NCBI RefSeq assembly: GCF_037890675.1
Contig: NZ_CP149574.1
Coordinates: 2,268,874 to 2,332,873 of the forward strand
DNA from: Methylovirgula sp. 4M-Z18
GTDB lineage: Bacteria > Pseudomonadota > Alphaproteobacteria > Rhizobiales > Beijerinckiaceae
Length of the DNA stretch: 64,000 bases
Direction of reading: 5' to 3'
Shown: positions 1 through 11,206 of the stretch, in pieces
Numbering within the stretch: the stretch's first letter is position 1
Layout: each line of letters starts with the position of its first letter
Notes under the pieces: model-generated
The model's input: only the letters and a program-made list of their open reading frames with translations
What the model was told of the DNA's origin: nothing
Database searches by the model: none
Position numbers and translations under genes: made by a program

Positions 1-95
1 AAAGCCCGACAATCGATGGAGCGGCGGGGCAACGCGAGGCGCGGCGGCATCCTGAAGGCGCTCGTTTCGCAGCGCGAAAGCTTGCGGAGAACTAG
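1..95 (+). CDS. C-terminal fragment of an unidentified protein (runs off the window start)
   Basis: Open frame ends at TAG 93-95 and is followed at once by a perfect GC hairpin terminator. No family recognised. Confidence 0.2.
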   Translation, partial: SPTIDGAAGQREARRHPEGARFAARKLAEN

Positions 96-105
96 GGCCA
101 TGACT

Positions 106-132
106 CGGGCCGACATGTCGGCCTTCTAATTT
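106..132 (+). terminator. Rho-independent terminator
   Basis: Perfect palindrome ggccgacatgtcggcc at 108-123, followed by the T-rich run ttctaattt. Confidence 0.5.
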
Positions 133-166
133 ATCGCAGCAATATCAGCACATTATGAGGAGTAAA

Positions 167-258
167 TGGCGGAGACGCAGGGATTCGAACCCTGGATACC
201 CTTTTGGGGGTATGCTCATTTAGCAAACGAGTGCCTTCAGCCTCTCGGCCACGTCTCC
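167..258 (-). tRNA. tRNA-Ser (anticodon GCT)
   Basis: The 92-nt reverse complement reads GGAGACGTGGCCGAGAGG...GGTTCGAATCCCTGCGTCTCCGCCA. It has a long variable arm, anticodon loop TTGCTAA and an encoded CCA. Confidence 0.9.
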
Positions 259-994
259 AGGCGGCATGTTTCAACGCCGCGTCGGCTGCATATGCCAGCC
301 TGGAGCGCTGTTTGCAAGGGCGCGGTCCAATTTTTTCAACAAGCGCCCCTGCCCCTTCAGCGAACTCCCTGTGCATTCACCGAAATGCGGCGATGTCCGT
401 GACATGATTTCGTGACAATCGCAGTGCCCTGTGCGCGGGCATGCGCCGGTCAACCTGTTCTGTGCTAAGTCGAAGATCCTGTTTCCGGAGGAGAGTCTTT
501 GCCCCCATCTTCGTATCGCTCCCGCCTCGGCCGCCGTCGCGTCACCCTGTCAGCGCGCTTGTCGATCGTTGCTGCGCTCGTCTTGTGCGCCGCCCATGTC
601 CGTGCGCAATCGGCCGCGCCGTCCCAAACGCCGCAGCCGTCGCCACAACCTGCACCGCCGTCGCACGCACGTGTCCACCAATGTGCGGTGGAATGGCAGG
701 AGAAGAAAAAGACCGGAGCCGCCGCCGGCAATACGTGGCGCGAATTTGCCGCCGAATGCTACGCGCGCAAGTAGGGAAATATTGCAAGAGTCGACGCGCG
801 CTTCGACGCAAATAGTGCGGGCCCGATGAGCCATCACATTGCCGAAAACTGCAACGATGCAGGCGCGCGCCACCGTGCGACGACATGACATCGCCTAAAA
901 AAATTGTCCCCCGCGCGATGTCTCGACTCGGGGGACAATTGACGTCCGCTTTCGATGGCGGAGCCGGAAAGCTTGCCGCAACCTATAGGTGGTC

Positions 995-1273
995 TTAAGC
1001 CGTGACCGGAGCTGCTGCTGCCTTGCGCGGAGCGCGCTTTGCGGCCGGCTTGCGGGTTGCCTTCTTGGCAGTGGATTTCTTGACGGCCTTCTTGACGGCC
1101 TTCTTCGTGCTCTTCTTGACAGCGGTCTTGCGGGTCGCCTTCTTGACGGTCTTCTTCACTGCCTTCTTGGCCGTCTTCTTCGCAGCCTTCTTCACGGCTT
1201 TCTTGACGGTCTTCTTCGTAGCTTTCTTAGCCGACTTCTTCGCGGCTGCTTTCTTTGCGGTTGCCTTCGCCAT
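995..1273 (-). CDS. Lysine/alanine-rich histone H1-like nucleoid protein
   Basis: 92 aa composed of tandem KKA(A/T/V)KK repeats (MAKATAKKAAAKKSAKKATKK...), with underlying cttctt DNA tandem repeats. Confidence 0.7.
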   Translation of the reverse strand: MAKATAKKAAAKKSAKKATKKTVKKAVKKAAKKTAKKAVKKTVKKATRKTAVKKSTKKAVKKAVKKSTAKKATRKPAAKRAPRKAAAAPVTA

Positions 1274-1860
1274 TTTCGGGTCCCCTTGTATAACGACTAT
1301 GCCGACGAAAAATCTTATGTCGACTTAGTCTTGACTAGCGTAGCTTGGTTAACGCCTCGTTCAAGAGGGCCTCCGGTAAGATGACGCGAAGTCAGAGCTT
1401 TCCAGCATGCGCGCCGATGCTTGCGGCAGTGGGTTTTTAGGGGAACCGCAACTTTGAACATCTTCGCGCCGAGCGCCCGTCGCCGCACACCTCGAGGATG
1501 CATTTTGCCACTCGGGCGGGCGCTCTCGAAGACCATGGAAGCCGGCGGCGGATGAGCGCACGGCAACGCCAAGCGCCTTATGCGCATTGCAAGAAAATCA
1601 TATTTCACACGTGTTTCTTGCATTCCTCCTCGACGGCGGGAAAGCACGAACCCCGTTGGCAGAGCGCGACGTGCGGTGCCTCGACGAAAGCCGCGCGCCT
1701 ATCGTCCGGGCAGCGACACTTAAGGCGAAAACCGCATCCGCGCGGCTTATCCAAGCGGCAACAGAGAGTTAGGAGGCGAGCCATAGATCGCGCGAAAAAA
1801 CGCCGAAAAAAAATTTACGTAACGTGTCAAAAAAATACATTTTATGTGACGGCTGAACCG

Positions 1861-1945
1861 GCGATTTGAAAAAATCGCGCACGAATCGAATTTTGATTCG
1901 CAAAAGCAGGTGTGTGCGCAAGGGCTTTTCGCCCTCGCGCACACC
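1861..1945 (-). terminator. Tandem hairpin terminator region downstream of gatB
   Basis: GC hairpin gtgtgcgcaagggc/gccctcgcgcacac directly after the gatB stop, then a second hairpin gcgatttgaaaaaatcgc with U-rich flanks on the minus strand. Confidence 0.4.
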
Positions 1946-1950
1946 CAAAT

Positions 1951-3438
1951 TCAAAGACCGAGTTTGGCCTTCAAGATGTCGTTCACCGCTTGCGGATTGG
2001 CCTTGCCGCCGGTCGCCTTCAGCACCTGACCGACGAACCAGCCAAGCAATGTGGGCTTGGCCTGCGCCTGCGCAACCTTGTCCGGATTGGCGGCAATGAT
2101 CGTATCGACCGCCGTCTCGATCGCACCCGTGTCGGTCACTTGCTTCAAGCCGCGCGCTTCGACGAGCGCGCGCGGATCGGCATCCTTTTCCTCTGCGATG
2201 ATGAGCGCAAGCACGTCTTTCGCGATCTTGCCGGAGATCGTGCCATCGCCGATCAGATCGACGATGCCCGCAACTTGTGCCGGCGTGATGTGCGTTTGCG
2301 GAACGGAGAGCGACACGGAATTGGCGTAGGCGGCGATGTCGCCGTTTATCCAATTGGCGACCGCCTTGGCATCACGCTTCGTGCCGCCGTGCTGCGCCGC
2401 CGCCTCGAAATAATCTGCTGTTTCGCGTTCTGCCACAAGCACTCCGGCATCATAGGCGGGCAGCCCATAGTCGTTCACGAAGCGCGCCTTCTTGCCGTCC
2501 GGCAATTCAGGAAGATGCGCGGCGAGGTCGTCGACATAGGCTTGATCGAACTCGAGCGGCAACAGATCCGGATCAGGGAAGTAGCGATAGTCGTGCGCTT
2601 CTTCCTTGGAGCGCATCGAGCGCGTCTCACCTTTGCCGGGATCGAACAGGCGGGTTTCCTGCACGATGGCGCGGCCATCTTCCAGTTCGCCGATCTGCCG
2701 GCGCGCTTCCGCTTCGATCGCCTGGCCGATGAAGCGGATGGAATTGACGTTCTTGATCTCGCAGCGCGTGCCGAACGGCTCGCCTGGCCGGCGCACGGAC
2801 ACGTTCACGTCAGCGCGCAACGAGCCTTCCTCCATGTTGCCGTCGCACGTGCCAAGGTAGCGCATGATGGTGCGCAGTTTCGTCACATAGGCTTTGGCTT
2901 CATCGGCGGAACGCATGTCGGGCTTCGAGACGATCTCCATCAGCGCGACGCCCGAACGGTTGAGGTCGACGAAGCTCATGGTCGGGTGCTGATCGTGCAG
3001 CGACTTGCCAGCATCCTGTTCGAGATGCAGCCGCTCGATGCCGACCACGATCTGATCGGTCGGCGAAAGATCGACGATCACCTCGCCTTCGCCGACGATC
3101 GGGCTCTTGTACTGGCTGATCTGATAGCCTTGCGGGAGATCGGGATAGAAGTAGTTCTTCCGGTCGAACACCGAGCGCTGATTGATCTTGGCCTTCAGGC
3201 CGAGCCCGGTGCGGATCGCCTGGCGCACGCATTCCTCGTTGATCACCGGCAGCATGCCGGGCATTGCTGCGTCCACCAGCGAGACATGGGTGTTCGGCGC
3301 GCCGCCATAAGCCGCGGAGGAACCGGAAAACAATTTCGAATTCGAAGTCACTTGGGCGTGAATTTCGAGGCCGATGATGACCTCCCAATCGCCGGTTGCG
3401 CCTTTGATGAGCTTCTTGGGGTTGGCATGCGCTGTCAT
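1951..3438 (-). CDS. gatB: Asp-tRNA(Asn)/Glu-tRNA(Gln) amidotransferase subunit B
   Basis: The translation is a full-length GatB ([30 protein letters not shown]...). Start trimmed to the internal ATG at 3438. Confidence 0.9.
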   Translation of the reverse strand: MTAHANPKKLIKGATGDWEVIIGLEIHAQVTSNSKLFSGSSAAYGGAPNTHVSLVDAAMPGMLPVINEECVRQAIRTGLGLKAKINQRSVFDRKNYFYPDLPQGYQISQYKSPIVGEGEVIVDLSPTDQIVVGIERLHLEQDAGKSLHDQHPTMSFVDLNRSGVALMEIVSKPDMRSADEAKAYVTKLRTIMRYLGTCDGNMEEGSLRADVNVSVRRPGEPFGTRCEIKNVNSIRFIGQAIEAEARRQIGELEDGRAIVQETRLFDPGKGETRSMRSKEEAHDYRYFPDPDLLPLEFDQAYVDDLAAHLPELPDGKKARFVNDYGLPAYDAGVLVAERETADYFEAAAQHGGTKRDAKAVANWINGDIAAYANSVSLSVPQTHITPAQVAGIVDLIGDGTISGKIAKDVLALIIAEEKDADPRALVEARGLKQVTDTGAIETAVDTIIAANPDKVAQAQAKPTLLGWFVGQVLKATGGKANPQAVNDILKAKLGL

Positions 3439-3502
3439 GAAAGCACCTGAATAGAAACGGCTTGAAAGCCTCGGCTGATTGCGTTGGACGAAAACTTGGG
3501 TA

Positions 3503-3826
3503 TCACGCGGTCCCCGGTCGATGGCCGGCCGGCGCCTCGCCCATGAGCTTGATCTCATGAGCGATCGACCAGGCGATGAGATCGCGCCACAGTGACGCAG
3601 CGAGTTCCGGCGGCAGCACCGTGCCTTGTGCCCGCGCGCTCACACGGTCCAGCACTTCGGTCACCCGCGCCGGCACATCGGCCGGAATGCCGAAGCGCGG
3701 CTTGAGCTCGGCTGCACGCTCGATATAGCGCACGCGCTGCACCAGGAGATCGACCAGTTGGTCGTCGAGCGCATCGATGCCCGCCCGCACGTCTTGCATC
3801 GTGTCACATTCGTTCGGCGCGCGCAT
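3503..3826 (-). CDS. Small chorismate mutase (AroQ)-like protein inserted between gatA and gatB
   Basis: 107 aa containing [26 protein letters not shown], which looks like an AroQ chorismate-mutase helix pattern. A Shine-Dalgarno-like GAGG sits upstream of the ATG at 3826. Confidence 0.45.
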   Translation of the reverse strand: MRAPNECDTMQDVRAGIDALDDQLVDLLVQRVRYIERAAELKPRFGIPADVPARVTEVLDRVSARAQGTVLPPELAASLWRDLIAWSIAHEIKLMGEAPAGHRPGTA

Positions 3827-3835
3827 CGCTGAACC

Positions 3836-5353
3836 TCACCACCAGGCTGCGGGGCGCTGAATCTTCGGCGCCGCATCTTCGATAGCTTGCGCCACCGAGA
3901 ACAAAGTTTCTTCCTCGAAGGGGCGGCCGATCAATTGCAGCCCCAGCGGCAGACCGTTCGCGGAGAGACCGGCGGGAACCGAAATGCCCGGCAGGCCGGC
4001 CATGTTCACGGTGACGGTGAAAATATCGTTGAGATACATTTCCACCGGATTGCCGGAGCTCTTCTCGCCGATGCCGAAGGCAGCCGACGGCGTCGCCGGC
4101 GTCAGGATCGCGTCGACGCCCGCGTGATAGGCGTCCTCGAAATCCTTCTTGATCAGGGTGCGCAGCTTTTGCGCCTTCACATAATAAGCATCATAGTAAC
4201 CGGCGGAGAGCACGTACGTGCCGATCATGATCCGGCGGCGCACCTCTGCACCAAAGCCCGAGCGCCGCGAATTCTCGTACATATGCACGATGTCCTTGCC
4301 CTGCTCGCGCAGGCCGTAGCGCACGCCGTCGTAGCGCGCGAGATTGGAGGACGCTTCCGCCGGCGCAACAATGTAATAGGCCGGCAAAGCATATTTCGTG
4401 TGCGGCAGCGAGATGTCGACGATCTTCGCCCCCGCCGCCCGCAACCATTCGACGCCCGTGTGCCACAGAGCCTCGATCTCGGGCGACATGCCGTCGAGAC
4501 GATATTCCTTCGGGATGCCGATGGTCTTACCGCGCACCGAAGCACCGACCGCCGCTTCGTAATCGGGCACCGCCACATCGACCGATGTCGTGTCCTTGGG
4601 ATCGTGACCGGCCATCGAGCGCAGCATAATGGCCGCGTCCTTCACAGTCTTGGCGATCGGACCAGCCTGATCGAGCGACGACGCAAAAGCGACGATGCCC
4701 CAGCGCGAGCAGCGCCCGTAGGTGGGCTTGATGCCGACCGTGCCAGTGAAGGCCGCCGGCTGACGGATCGAGCCGCCGGTGTCGGTCGCCGTCGCCGCCA
4801 CGCAGAGGCCCGCAGCGACTGCAGCGGATGAGCCGCCGGACGAGCCGCCGGGAACCAGCAAGCCCTTGCGATCGTTGCCGAGCGCCGCGCGGCCCTGTTC
4901 CGCGCTCCAGTTAGGCGGCAACCATGGCGACGCGACCGGTCCGTAGTAGGACGTCTCGTTCGAGCCGCCCATGGCGAACTCATCCATGTTGAGCTTGCCG
5001 AGCATCACCGCGCCGTCGCGCCAAAGCTGCGCGGTGACGGTCGATTCATAATGCGGCTTGAAGTGATCGAGAATGTGGCTGCAGGCCTGCGTGTGCACGT
5101 CCTTCGTCGCATAAAGGTCCTTGATGCCGAGCGGAATGCCCTCGAGCGCACCGCCCTCGCCTTTGGCCAGGCGCGCATCCGATTGCGCCGCTTGCTGCAT
5201 TGCGATGTCCGGCGTCTCGGTCACATAGGCGTTGAGCGCGCGCGCCTTTTCCATCGCCTCCAAATAGGATTTCGTGAGATCGGCAGAGCTGATCGCCTTG
5301 GCTTTCAGCGCGTCGCGCGCTTCGGCGAGGGTCAAGCTGGTAAGGTCAGTCAT
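3836..5353 (-). CDS. gatA: Glu-tRNA(Gln) amidotransferase subunit A (amidase signature family)
   Basis: 505 aa with the [14 protein letters not shown] amidase signature and GatA-like N- and C-termini. Confidence 0.92.
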   Translation of the reverse strand: MTDLTSLTLAEARDALKAKAISSADLTKSYLEAMEKARALNAYVTETPDIAMQQAAQSDARLAKGEGGALEGIPLGIKDLYATKDVHTQACSHILDHFKPHYESTVTAQLWRDGAVMLGKLNMDEFAMGGSNETSYYGPVASPWLPPNWSAEQGRAALGNDRKGLLVPGGSSGGSSAAVAAGLCVAATATDTGGSIRQPAAFTGTVGIKPTYGRCSRWGIVAFASSLDQAGPIAKTVKDAAIMLRSMAGHDPKDTTSVDVAVPDYEAAVGASVRGKTIGIPKEYRLDGMSPEIEALWHTGVEWLRAAGAKIVDISLPHTKYALPAYYIVAPAEASSNLARYDGVRYGLREQGKDIVHMYENSRRSGFGAEVRRRIMIGTYVLSAGYYDAYYVKAQKLRTLIKKDFEDAYHAGVDAILTPATPSAAFGIGEKSSGNPVEMYLNDIFTVTVNMAGLPGISVPAGLSANGLPLGLQLIGRPFEEETLFSVAQAIEDAAPKIQRPAAWW

Positions 5354-5422
5354 TGGGTACTTTCGAAACGATGGAATGATCGGCGAAGGACGGCACGATG
5401 TGCGGCAAAAGGACGAGCGGAA

Positions 5423-5713
5423 TTACTCGATCACTTTCGGCACGAGGAAGAAATGATTTTCGGTCGCGGGAGCATTCGCGACGATCTGATCGGCGATATC
5501 GCCGTCGGTCACGACGTCCTGGCGCTTCTTCATCCGCATCGGCATGACCGACGTCATCGGTTCGACGCCGGTCACGTCCACTTCGTTCAATTGCTCGACG
5601 AAGGACAGAATGGCGTTCATTTCGCCTTGAAGATGCGTCAATTCCGCTTCGTCGGTCACGGCAATGCGTGCAAGTTTGGCGATGCGGCGGACCGCCGCCT
5701 GATCGAGTGACAT
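5423..5713 (-). CDS. gatC: Glu-tRNA(Gln) amidotransferase subunit C
   Basis: 96 aa ([25 protein letters not shown]...), a typical GatC positioned upstream of gatA. Confidence 0.88.
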   Translation of the reverse strand: MSLDQAAVRRIAKLARIAVTDEAELTHLQGEMNAILSFVEQLNEVDVTGVEPMTSVMPMRMKKRQDVVTDGDIADQIVANAPATENHFFLVPKVIE

Positions 5714-5813
5714 GGGAAATCCTGGTTAGCTAAGCTGAGCCAGCCCTATAGCATTGGCGGCTTCCGCGGCGCAATGCGCCTGTGTCGGCGCCCAGGATTC
5801 CGGCCGCCCACGC

Positions 5814-6227
5814 TTATTTCACCGTAATCGTGATCTTGTCGGAGACGAGCGGCGGATCGTGCGGCATGTGGTTGCCGTCGCCGAAGATCAGTTGCAGCGT
5901 GTGGGTGCCGGGGGACAGCGTCAGGCTGCCTTCGGTCTGCCCGCCGCCGAAATGCTTGATGTTGTCCGTCATCGGCATGGCGTAGCTCAAATCCGGCAGG
6001 CCGGTGTCGATCAGAATGTGGTGATGGCCGGTATTGGGTTTGTCCACGCCAGCCGGTGCAATGCCCAAGCCCGAAAGCCCCATCACCACTTTGACGGGGC
6101 TCGTGACGGTCGCCCCGTCCTTCGGTTCGATGAAATAGACTTTGGCCGTCTTGGGCCAGAAATCGTCTGCGAGAGCTGCAGCGCTCACGAGCACTGCGGC
6201 GGCGGTCAAGAACATCCGGTTGAGCAT
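5814..6227 (-). CDS. Periplasmic DUF4399-family protein with signal peptide
   Basis: N-terminal signal peptide. The GHHHILIDTG motif is characteristic of DUF4399. Confidence 0.65.
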   Translation of the reverse strand: MLNRMFLTAAAVLVSAAALADDFWPKTAKVYFIEPKDGATVTSPVKVVMGLSGLGIAPAGVDKPNTGHHHILIDTGLPDLSYAMPMTDNIKHFGGGQTEGSLTLSPGTHTLQLIFGDGNHMPHDPPLVSDKITITVK

Positions 6228-6347
6228 CGATCATTCCCGTGGTTGTGCCGCGAGCGTGCCTCGCGGCGCGTGAAAATCGAACACCCCTCAGTCAAGACCC
6301 TTGCCGCGCTCGTGACGCGGCGGCCGCCTGTAGTTCGACGGTCTGTT

Positions 6348-7049
6348 TTATAGCGAGAGACCTTCTCCCACCCGCGCAACGAGAACTTTCGTATTGCTGC
6401 CGGACATGGCCGCGACGAACTCGTCCGCATTCGGCGCCAGGAACCCGGGGAATGTCGCATAATGGACCGGCACGACGTGGTCGAACGAGAAAAACCGCTT
6501 GCACGCCAGGGCGGCAGTTTTCGCGTTCATGGTGAAGCGGTCGCCGATCGGCACGAAGGCAAGCTTCGGCTGATGGATTTCCTGGATCAGCGCCATGTCG
6601 CCGAAAATATCCGTGTCGCCCATGTGATAGATCACCGGCGCGTCGGGATGTTTGATCACCATGCCGTTGGGATTGCCAAGGTAAATGCTCTTGCCGTCGC
6701 GCGTAATGCCGGAGGAATGCAGCGCCTGCGTGAAGCTCACGCTGAAATCGCCGCACGGAATGGTGCCGCCCGTGTTGCCGGGATTGATGTTCTGGACGCC
6801 CTCGCTGTTCAGGAACATGCAGATTTCGAAGTTCGAAATCACCTGCGCTCCAGTGCGCTGTGCGATTTCCGACGCATCGCCGAGATGATCGTCATGGCCG
6901 TGCGTCAGGATGATATGAGTCGCATCCTGCGTCATCGCTTGCGCATCGCCCTTGAAGCTCGGATTGCCGGTTAGAAACGGATCTATCAGGATGACTGACT
7001 TGCCGATGTCGAGCCGAACGGCAGAATGGCCGAGCCACGTCAATTTCAT
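6348..7049 (-). CDS. MBL-fold metal-dependent hydrolase (UPF0173-like)
   Basis: LTHGHDDHLGD metallo-beta-lactamase motif in a 233-aa protein. Confidence 0.8.
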   Translation of the reverse strand: MKLTWLGHSAVRLDIGKSVILIDPFLTGNPSFKGDAQAMTQDATHIILTHGHDDHLGDASEIAQRTGAQVISNFEICMFLNSEGVQNINPGNTGGTIPCGDFSVSFTQALHSSGITRDGKSIYLGNPNGMVIKHPDAPVIYHMGDTDIFGDMALIQEIHQPKLAFVPIGDRFTMNAKTAALACKRFFSFDHVVPVHYATFPGFLAPNADEFVAAMSGSNTKVLVARVGEGLSL

Positions 7050-7078
7050 ATTCGTTCTCCGTCAGATATTGCTGGCGT

Positions 7079-7405
7079 TTAGGGTCAAGACCTAGATCCT
7101 ATGGGGTCTGGACGCGGCCAAAATGGTCGAGTGCTAGGCGATGCGACGACGCGGGACATTCGTCCCGCTAGGAGCATCAACGACGCAATCGGCCATTTTG
7201 GCCGCGCCACCCAACTTCGGCTTGCCGAAGTTGGGTACTTTTTGACGCACAAATCGCGCAAGCGCGATTTGTGTGGTGAGATGAAAAAGGTCAACTGCCG
7301 TGTCGCGCTGCTTGGCAATATCTACATATTGCTCTGCGCAGCGCTCCTTGCATTTGACCTTTTTGATCTCATCCAGACCCCATAGGATCTAGGTCTTGAC
7401 CCTAA
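7079..7405. mobile_element. MITE-like 327-bp element with perfect 34-bp terminal inverted repeats
   Basis: ttagggtcaagacctagatcctatggggtctgga at 7079-7112 is exactly reverse-complemented at 7372-7405. Nested internal palindromes include cgcggccaaaatgg/ccattttggccgcg, cccaacttcggcttgccgaagttggg and cacaaatcgcgcaagcgcgatttgtg. Confidence 0.6.
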
Positions 7406-7416
7406 TCTAGCGTAAC

Positions 7417-7911
7417 GTGATAACCAGCGCCATGGCCGCACTCGTTCTCACGCACCAAGACCTGTTCGCACAACTTCCGCCGCGCGCGCGTTTGATGGGG
7501 CTCGATCTTGGCACGAAGACCATCGGCCTCGCCATATCCGATGTGGAGCGGCGCATCGCCAGTCCGCTGGAGACGATCGAGCGCAGCAAATTCACCAAAG
7601 ACGTGGCGCGGCTGCTGCAGCTCGCGCAAAAGCACGAAATCGCCGGCTTTGTCATGGGCCTGCCGCTGAACATGGATGGCTCGGAGGGCCGGCGCGTGCA
7701 GGCGACCAAGGCGTTCGTGCGCAACCTTCTGCCGCTCACCGCGATCCCCGTCACCTATTGGGACGAGCGCCTGTCGACGGCCGCTGTCACGCGCACCCTG
7801 ATCGAGCAGGACGCGAGCCGCGCCAAACGCGCCGCCGTGGTCGACCGCATGGCAGCCGCCTATATTCTGCAAGGCTTGCTCGACCGTCTCGCATCCTTGG
7901 CGCGCGGATAA
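7417..7911 (+). CDS. ruvX: Holliday junction resolvase-like protein RuvX/YqgF
   Basis: [17 protein letters not shown] YqgF/RuvX N-terminal motif in a protein of about 160 aa. Confidence 0.85.
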   Translation: MITSAMAALVLTHQDLFAQLPPRARLMGLDLGTKTIGLAISDVERRIASPLETIERSKFTKDVARLLQLAQKHEIAGFVMGLPLNMDGSEGRRVQATKAFVRNLLPLTAIPVTYWDERLSTAAVTRTLIEQDASRAKRAAVVDRMAAAYILQGLLDRLASLARG

Positions 7912-8048
7912 AAAAACGCCGATGCAAAGCACCGGCGCTAGTTGGGTCTTCTGGGGGTAGAGGCAAAACGAACAACGAAGAATTTCGTTCCACACCTTGC
8001 CTCTAGGATCACTATGTAATGATCCAATTTGAATTTTTGCTGAAATAT

Positions 8049-9242
8049 CTATGGCTTCTTTGTGATTATTGAGACCAGATTGCCGCCGTGCCGCTCGACC
8101 TCGCCGGCGAGTTCCAGTTCGAACAGAAGCGTCTGGACGTCGCGCGCCGGCAAACGCGCCGAACGCACCAATTCGTCGACCGAAATCGGCGCGGGACCGA
8201 GCAGCGCCCGGATGGACTGAACGGGATCGGCCCCATCGTCACGCACCGGCGACACGGTCTCGCTCGGCAAATCCGGTGCCGCTGGCATGGCCGCGCCAGC
8301 CGAGACGTCGCGCCTCGGCTCTTCGGTTTCCAAGTCGAAGGTCAGCGTCGGCCGGGTGAAGAGATCGCCGCCTGGCGCCCTGTCGCGCAGCGTATCCAAC
8401 ACCTGGGTCACGTCCTCCACCGAGGCGCAAAGCGCCGCCCCATGCCGTAGGAGATCGTTCGGCCCCTCAGCGCGCGGGTCGAGCGGCGACCCCGGCACGG
8501 CGAACACTTCCCTGCCCCGCTCGCCGGCGAATTTGGCGGTGATCAGGGAACCCGACCGGCGGGCGGCCTCGACGACGATCGTCCCGAGCGAGAGCGATGC
8601 GACGATCCGGTTGCGGCGGGGAAAGTCGCGCCCGCGCGGCTCCCAGCCGAGCGGCATTTCGGAGATAATCGCACCGTTCTCGGCGATTTGCTCCGCCAGT
8701 TCTTCGTGCTCCGACGGATAGATTGCCGCATGGCCGCCCGGGAGCACCGCGACAGTGCCCGATTGCAGGCTCGCCCGATGCGCCCGCGCATCGATGCCGC
8801 GGGCAAGGCCCGAGACGATCACGTAGCCCGCACGCCCCAGCCCGCGCGTCAACTGATCGGTAAAGGCAAGGCCCGCTGCCGACGCATTGCGCGACCCGAC
8901 AATCGACACCATGGGCCGCTGTAGCGCCTCCAGACGGCCCTGCACGCTCAAGAGCGGCGGCGCGTCGTCGCACACCGCGAGCAAGGGCGGATAGCCTGGC
9001 TCGTCCATCGCGAGAAGCCGTATGCCGCGGCGTTGCAGCGCCTCCATTTCGCGGGCGATGTCATCGCGCGGCGCCAGGCGGATCGGTTTGGTGTTTTCGG
9101 TGAGTGAGGGCAGCGCTTCGAGCGCAGCCTGCGCCGACCCGAAGCGCCTGAGCAGGAGACGAAAGGTGCGAGGTCCAATATTTTCGCTGCGGATCAACCA
9201 CAGCCGATGAAACCGTTCCGCCTCGGAGAGCGCGGAGCTCAT
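8049..9242 (-). CDS. dprA: DNA processing protein DprA (Smf)
   Basis: Rossmann-like core [20 protein letters not shown]...[19 protein letters not shown] in a 397-aa protein. Confidence 0.88.
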   Translation of the reverse strand: MSSALSEAERFHRLWLIRSENIGPRTFRLLLRRFGSAQAALEALPSLTENTKPIRLAPRDDIAREMEALQRRGIRLLAMDEPGYPPLLAVCDDAPPLLSVQGRLEALQRPMVSIVGSRNASAAGLAFTDQLTRGLGRAGYVIVSGLARGIDARAHRASLQSGTVAVLPGGHAAIYPSEHEELAEQIAENGAIISEMPLGWEPRGRDFPRRNRIVASLSLGTIVVEAARRSGSLITAKFAGERGREVFAVPGSPLDPRAEGPNDLLRHGAALCASVEDVTQVLDTLRDRAPGGDLFTRPTLTFDLETEEPRRDVSAGAAMPAAPDLPSETVSPVRDDGADPVQSIRALLGPAPISVDELVRSARLPARDVQTLLFELELAGEVERHGGNLVSIITKKP

Positions 9243-9859
9243 CCCTTCTGCCCGATCCTGCCTTCGGTGCCGGCCCGCAGGCGCGCGATATTTTCATGGT
9301 GCTTCCACCACAGCAGGATGGAAAGCAGGGCGAACAGGCTCGCCGATGCGGGCGGGCCGAAAAGCCACAGGAGGATGGGCGAGCACAAAGTTGCGGTCAG
9401 CGCCGACAGCGACGAATAGCGCGACAGATAGGCGACGCCGACCCAGATCGCGGCAAAGCATAGAGCCACCGGCCAATAGACGCCGAGCAGGCAGCCGAGA
9501 TAGGTCGCAACGCCCTTCCCGCCCTTGAAGGACAGCCACACTGGAAAGAGATGGCCGAGAAAGGCACCGATGGCGGCGAAAAGCCCAACGGGCGTGCCAA
9601 ACAGCGCCCCGGTGATGAGCACGGCGACGGTGCCTTTCAGCATGTCGAGCAATAGGGTGGCGGCGGCAAGCTCCTTGCGGCCGGTGCGCAGCACGTTGGT
9701 GGCGCCGATATTGCCCGAACCGATGGTCCGGATGTCCTGCGTTCCGGCTAGGCGAGTGATGATCAGGCCGAACGGAATCGAGCCGCACAAATAGCCGATG
9801 ACCAGAGCGGCGAGCAGGCTGGCGACCGGCGTCGAAGCAATGAGTGAAAGAAGATGCAC
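9239..9859 (-). CDS. plsY: Glycerol-3-phosphate acyltransferase PlsY
   Basis: [14 protein letters not shown] and FKGGKGVAT motifs. Polytopic membrane protein. Confidence 0.9.
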   Translation of the reverse strand: MHLLSLIASTPVASLLAALVIGYLCGSIPFGLIITRLAGTQDIRTIGSGNIGATNVLRTGRKELAAATLLLDMLKGTVAVLITGALFGTPVGLFAAIGAFLGHLFPVWLSFKGGKGVATYLGCLLGVYWPVALCFAAIWVGVAYLSRYSSLSALTATLCSPILLWLFGPPASASLFALLSILLWWKHHENIARLRAGTEGRIGQKG

Positions 9860-9907
9860 GCGCGCTCCGTCGAAATGAAACCGCGGGTATCTCCCGCCGC
9901 TTTGAGC

Positions 9908-11206
9908 CTATTCGTGAACGATTTTTCCCGCAACCATCGTCAGTTTTACGACACCCTGGAGCCGCGCTTCATCGAACGGCGTATTGCGGCAGCGCGAATG
10001 CAGCTTCGCTGGATCCACGATGAAAGGCTCATCCGGATCAAAACGGATCAGATCGGCGGGAGCGCCTTTCGCGAGACGTCCCTGTGGCAGTCCCAAGATT
10101 TCCGCCGGACGCAATGTCATCGCCGCGATCAAGCGCGGCAGGGACACGTGCTCGGCATGATAGAGCCGCAGCGCGGCCGCCAGCATGGTCTCTAAGCCGA
10201 TCGCGCCGTTCGCCGCCTCGCCGAACGGCAAGCGCTTGGTCTCCACGTCCTGCGGATTGTGGTCGGAGACGATCACGTCGATCAGTCCGTTCGCGACCGC
10301 CTCCACCAAGGCAAGCCGCTCCTCCTCGCTGCGCAGGGGCGGCGCAAGTTTCAGGAAGGTGCGGTAATCGCCGATATCGATTTCGTTCAAAGTGAGATGA
10401 TTGATCGACGTCGCGCAGGTCACGTTCAACCCTTGCGCCTTGGCATGCGCGATCACGTCGAGCGACAAATGGTTGGTGACGAGCGCCGCGTGATAGCGGC
10501 CGCGCGTCAGCGCCACGAGGCGCATATCGCGCTCCAGCACAATGGTTTCTGCTTCGCGCGGGATGCCGGCGAGGCCGAGGCGGCTCGCCCGCTCGCCCTC
10601 ATTCATCACACCGCCGCCGGCCAGGTCGCGGTCTTCGGCATAGTGGATGATCAGCGCGCCGAAATCCCGTGCATAGGTCAGCGCCCGGCGCATCACTTGG
10701 GCGTTGCGCAACGAATGCGACCCGTCAGTGAAGGCGATGGCGCCTGCCTCTTGCAGCAGGCCGATCTCGGCGATTTCCTTACCCTCCAATCCCTTGGTCA
10801 GGGCGGCGGCCGGCAACACGCGCACACGCCCCATATCGCGGGCGCGCCGGATGAGAAAATCGACGACGGCCGGATCGTCGACCGGCGGGTCGGTATCGGG
10901 CATGGCGACAATCGTGGTGACGCCGCCGAACGCCGCGGCGGTCGATGCCGTCGCAATCGTTTCGCGATGCTCGGCCCCAGGCTCGCCAACAAAGGCGCGC
11001 ATATCGATGAGGCCGGGCGCAACGACATCGCCTTGACAATCTATGACGCGCGCCTCGGTACCGACCGACGCTGCGGTGACCTGGGCACCGACATCGGCAA
11101 TCTTGCCATCGCGCACGAAGACGCCGCCCGTTGTTTCGCGCAAGGCGGCAGGGTCGATCAGGCGTGCGTTCACCAATGCAAGGGGGGCATGTGTCGCATC
11201 AAGCAT
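9908..11206 (-). CDS. pyrC: Dihydroorotase (amidohydrolase; pyrB-adjacent PyrC type)
   Basis: Amidohydrolase motifs ([20 protein letters not shown]) directly upstream of pyrB. Confidence 0.8.
   Translation of the reverse strand: MLDATHAPLALVNARLIDPAALRETTGGVFVRDGKIADVGAQVTAASVGTEARVIDCQGDVVAPGLIDMRAFVGEPGAEHRETIATASTAAAFGGVTTIVAMPDTDPPVDDPAVVDFLIRRARDMGRVRVLPAAALTKGLEGKEIAEIGLLQEAGAIAFTDGSHSLRNAQVMRRALTYARDFGALIIHYAEDRDLAGGGVMNEGERASRLGLAGIPREAETIVLERDMRLVALTRGRYHAALVTNHLSLDVIAHAKAQGLNVTCATSINHLTLNEIDIGDYRTFLKLAPPLRSEEERLALVEAVANGLIDVIVSDHNPQDVETKRLPFGEAANGAIGLETMLAAALRLYHAEHVSLPRLIAAMTLRPAEILGLPQGRLAKGAPADLIRFDPDEPFIVDPAKLHSRCRNTPFDEARLQGVVKLTMVAGKIVHE

Noticed and set aside
1912-3450. 512-aa ORF on the plus strand
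   Set aside because: Entirely antisense to gatB. R/G/A/D/H-rich low-complexity translation typical of GC-rich antisense frames.
7101-7385. 94-aa ORF inside the inverted-repeat element
   Set aside because: No RBS, runs through palindromes, low-complexity tail. Treated as non-coding.
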